Source: Callorhinchus milii (lineage: Eukaryota). Taken from it: a stretch of DNA of 64,000 nucleotides. The stretch is from positions 2,234,001 through 2,298,000 of the forward strand of contig NW_024704742.1 in the NCBI RefSeq assembly GCF_018977255.1, given 5' to 3'. The notes below the pieces were generated by a model. The model did no database searches. It was not told the origin of the DNA and saw only the letters and a program-made list of their open reading frames with translations. Position numbers and translations under genes: made by a program. This document shows, piece by piece, positions 62,997-64,000 of this stretch (within the stretch, counting starts at the first letter, position 1; every line of letters begins with the position of its first letter).

Positions 62997-63740
62997 ATCA
63001 TAGAATCATAGAATTATACAGCACGGAAGGAGGTCATTCGGCCCATCGTGACTGTGCTGGCTCTTTGAAAACAGCTATCCATTTCAGTCCCACTTCCTCC
63101 GTTCCCTCCCCATAGCTCTGCAAACTTGTCGTTCCCAAACAATTATCTACTTCTCTCTTAAAAGTTGTTGTCGAATCGGCTCCCACCGGCCTTTCAGGCA
63201 ATGCATTCCAGATCCCAACAACTCGCTGTGTGAAAATATTTCTCCTCCCCTCCCCTCTGTTTCTTTTAACAACTATTTTAACTCAGTGTCCTTGGGTTAC
63301 CGACCCTCCCGCCAGTGGAAACAGTTTCTCCTTGTTCACCCTATCGAATCCCCTCATAATTTTGAAAACTTCTATTAAGTCTCCTCTTAATCTTCTCTGC
63401 TCTAAGGAGAATAATCCGAGCTTCTCTACCTCTCCTGATAACTGAAGTCCCTCATTCCTGGTAACATCCTGGTCAACCTCCTTTGTACCCTCTCCAACGC
63501 CTTGACATCCTTCCTAAAGTGTGGGGCCCAGAACTGAACCCAGTCTCTCGCTGAGGCCTAACCAGTGTTTTATATAAAGTTTCATCATAACTTCCTGACT
63601 TTTGTATTCTATGCCCTATTTATAAAGTCTAGGATCCCATATGCTTTTTAACAGCTTTATCTACCTGTCCTGCCACCTTCAAAGATTTACTTATAGGAAC
63701 CCCCAGGTCTCTCTGTTCCTTCACCCCCTTTAAGATTGTA
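62997..63740 (-). mobile_element. CR1 3' end of a different subfamily
   Basis: Terminal atcataga repeats and ggtcattcggcccatcg; the reverse complement encodes the CR1 ORF2 C-terminal region (WAPHFRKDVKALERVQRR). Confidence 0.88.
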
Positions 63741-64000
63741 TATCTAGGTTGTACAATCTAGGCATTAAGATTGTACCCAATGCTCCATAAAATCAAACCT
63801 TCTCCAAACAAAAACAACAACAAATTACATTTTGTAAAGCGATTTGCAAGTCGGGAGGACATCCCAAGGCGCTGATAATATATGGAGCTTTATCAATTGC
63901 CTTCTGAAAAATCATGTAAGTTACATTAACTGGAAAAACATTTTCTACCTTTTCAAATAATTCCAGGAGATTTGTGAGGCATAACCTATTTCTTCTACAT

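Larger units (their letters stand above)
22892..64000 (+). other. GRID2: GRID2 intron 1 (continues beyond the window)
   Basis: Starts at the GTAAGT donor. I found no sequence encoding the expected exon-2 peptide (AIFDESAKKDD...) in the remaining 41 kb or in the ORF track. GRID2 has very large introns in vertebrates. Confidence 0.8.

Overview
Vertebrate genomic DNA, almost certainly from a cartilaginous fish; the SINE/LINE repertoire suggests a holocephalan such as elephant shark, which is an inference. The only protein-coding sequence I can support is the first coding exon of GRID2 (glutamate receptor delta-2): + strand, 22804-22891, [29 protein letters not shown](G), followed by a phase-1 GTAAGT donor. 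About 22.8 kb of upstream DNA precedes it and about 41 kb of a very long intron 1 follows; I found no exon 2. The promoter and exon-1 region (about 17.7-25.9 kb) has no recognisable retroposons but is packed with microsatellites, a 24-bp minisatellite and a CpG-rich segment. The rest is dense with a tRNA-Ala-headed SINE (two subfamilies, L2-type 3' hairpin tail), Deu-domain SINEs, a second older SINE-like family, CR1 and L2 LINE fragments, and a few hairpin or MITE-like relics. The long ORFs in the track are translations of simple repeats or decayed LINEs. I found no convincing novel multi-gene system. The most interesting signals are regulatory or structural: a UG array at the 5' splice site, inverted SINE pairs in the pre-mRNA, SINE module swapping, hairpin elements and candidate conserved non-coding elements. 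Repeat boundaries are approximate and family names come from remembered consensus sequences, not a database search.
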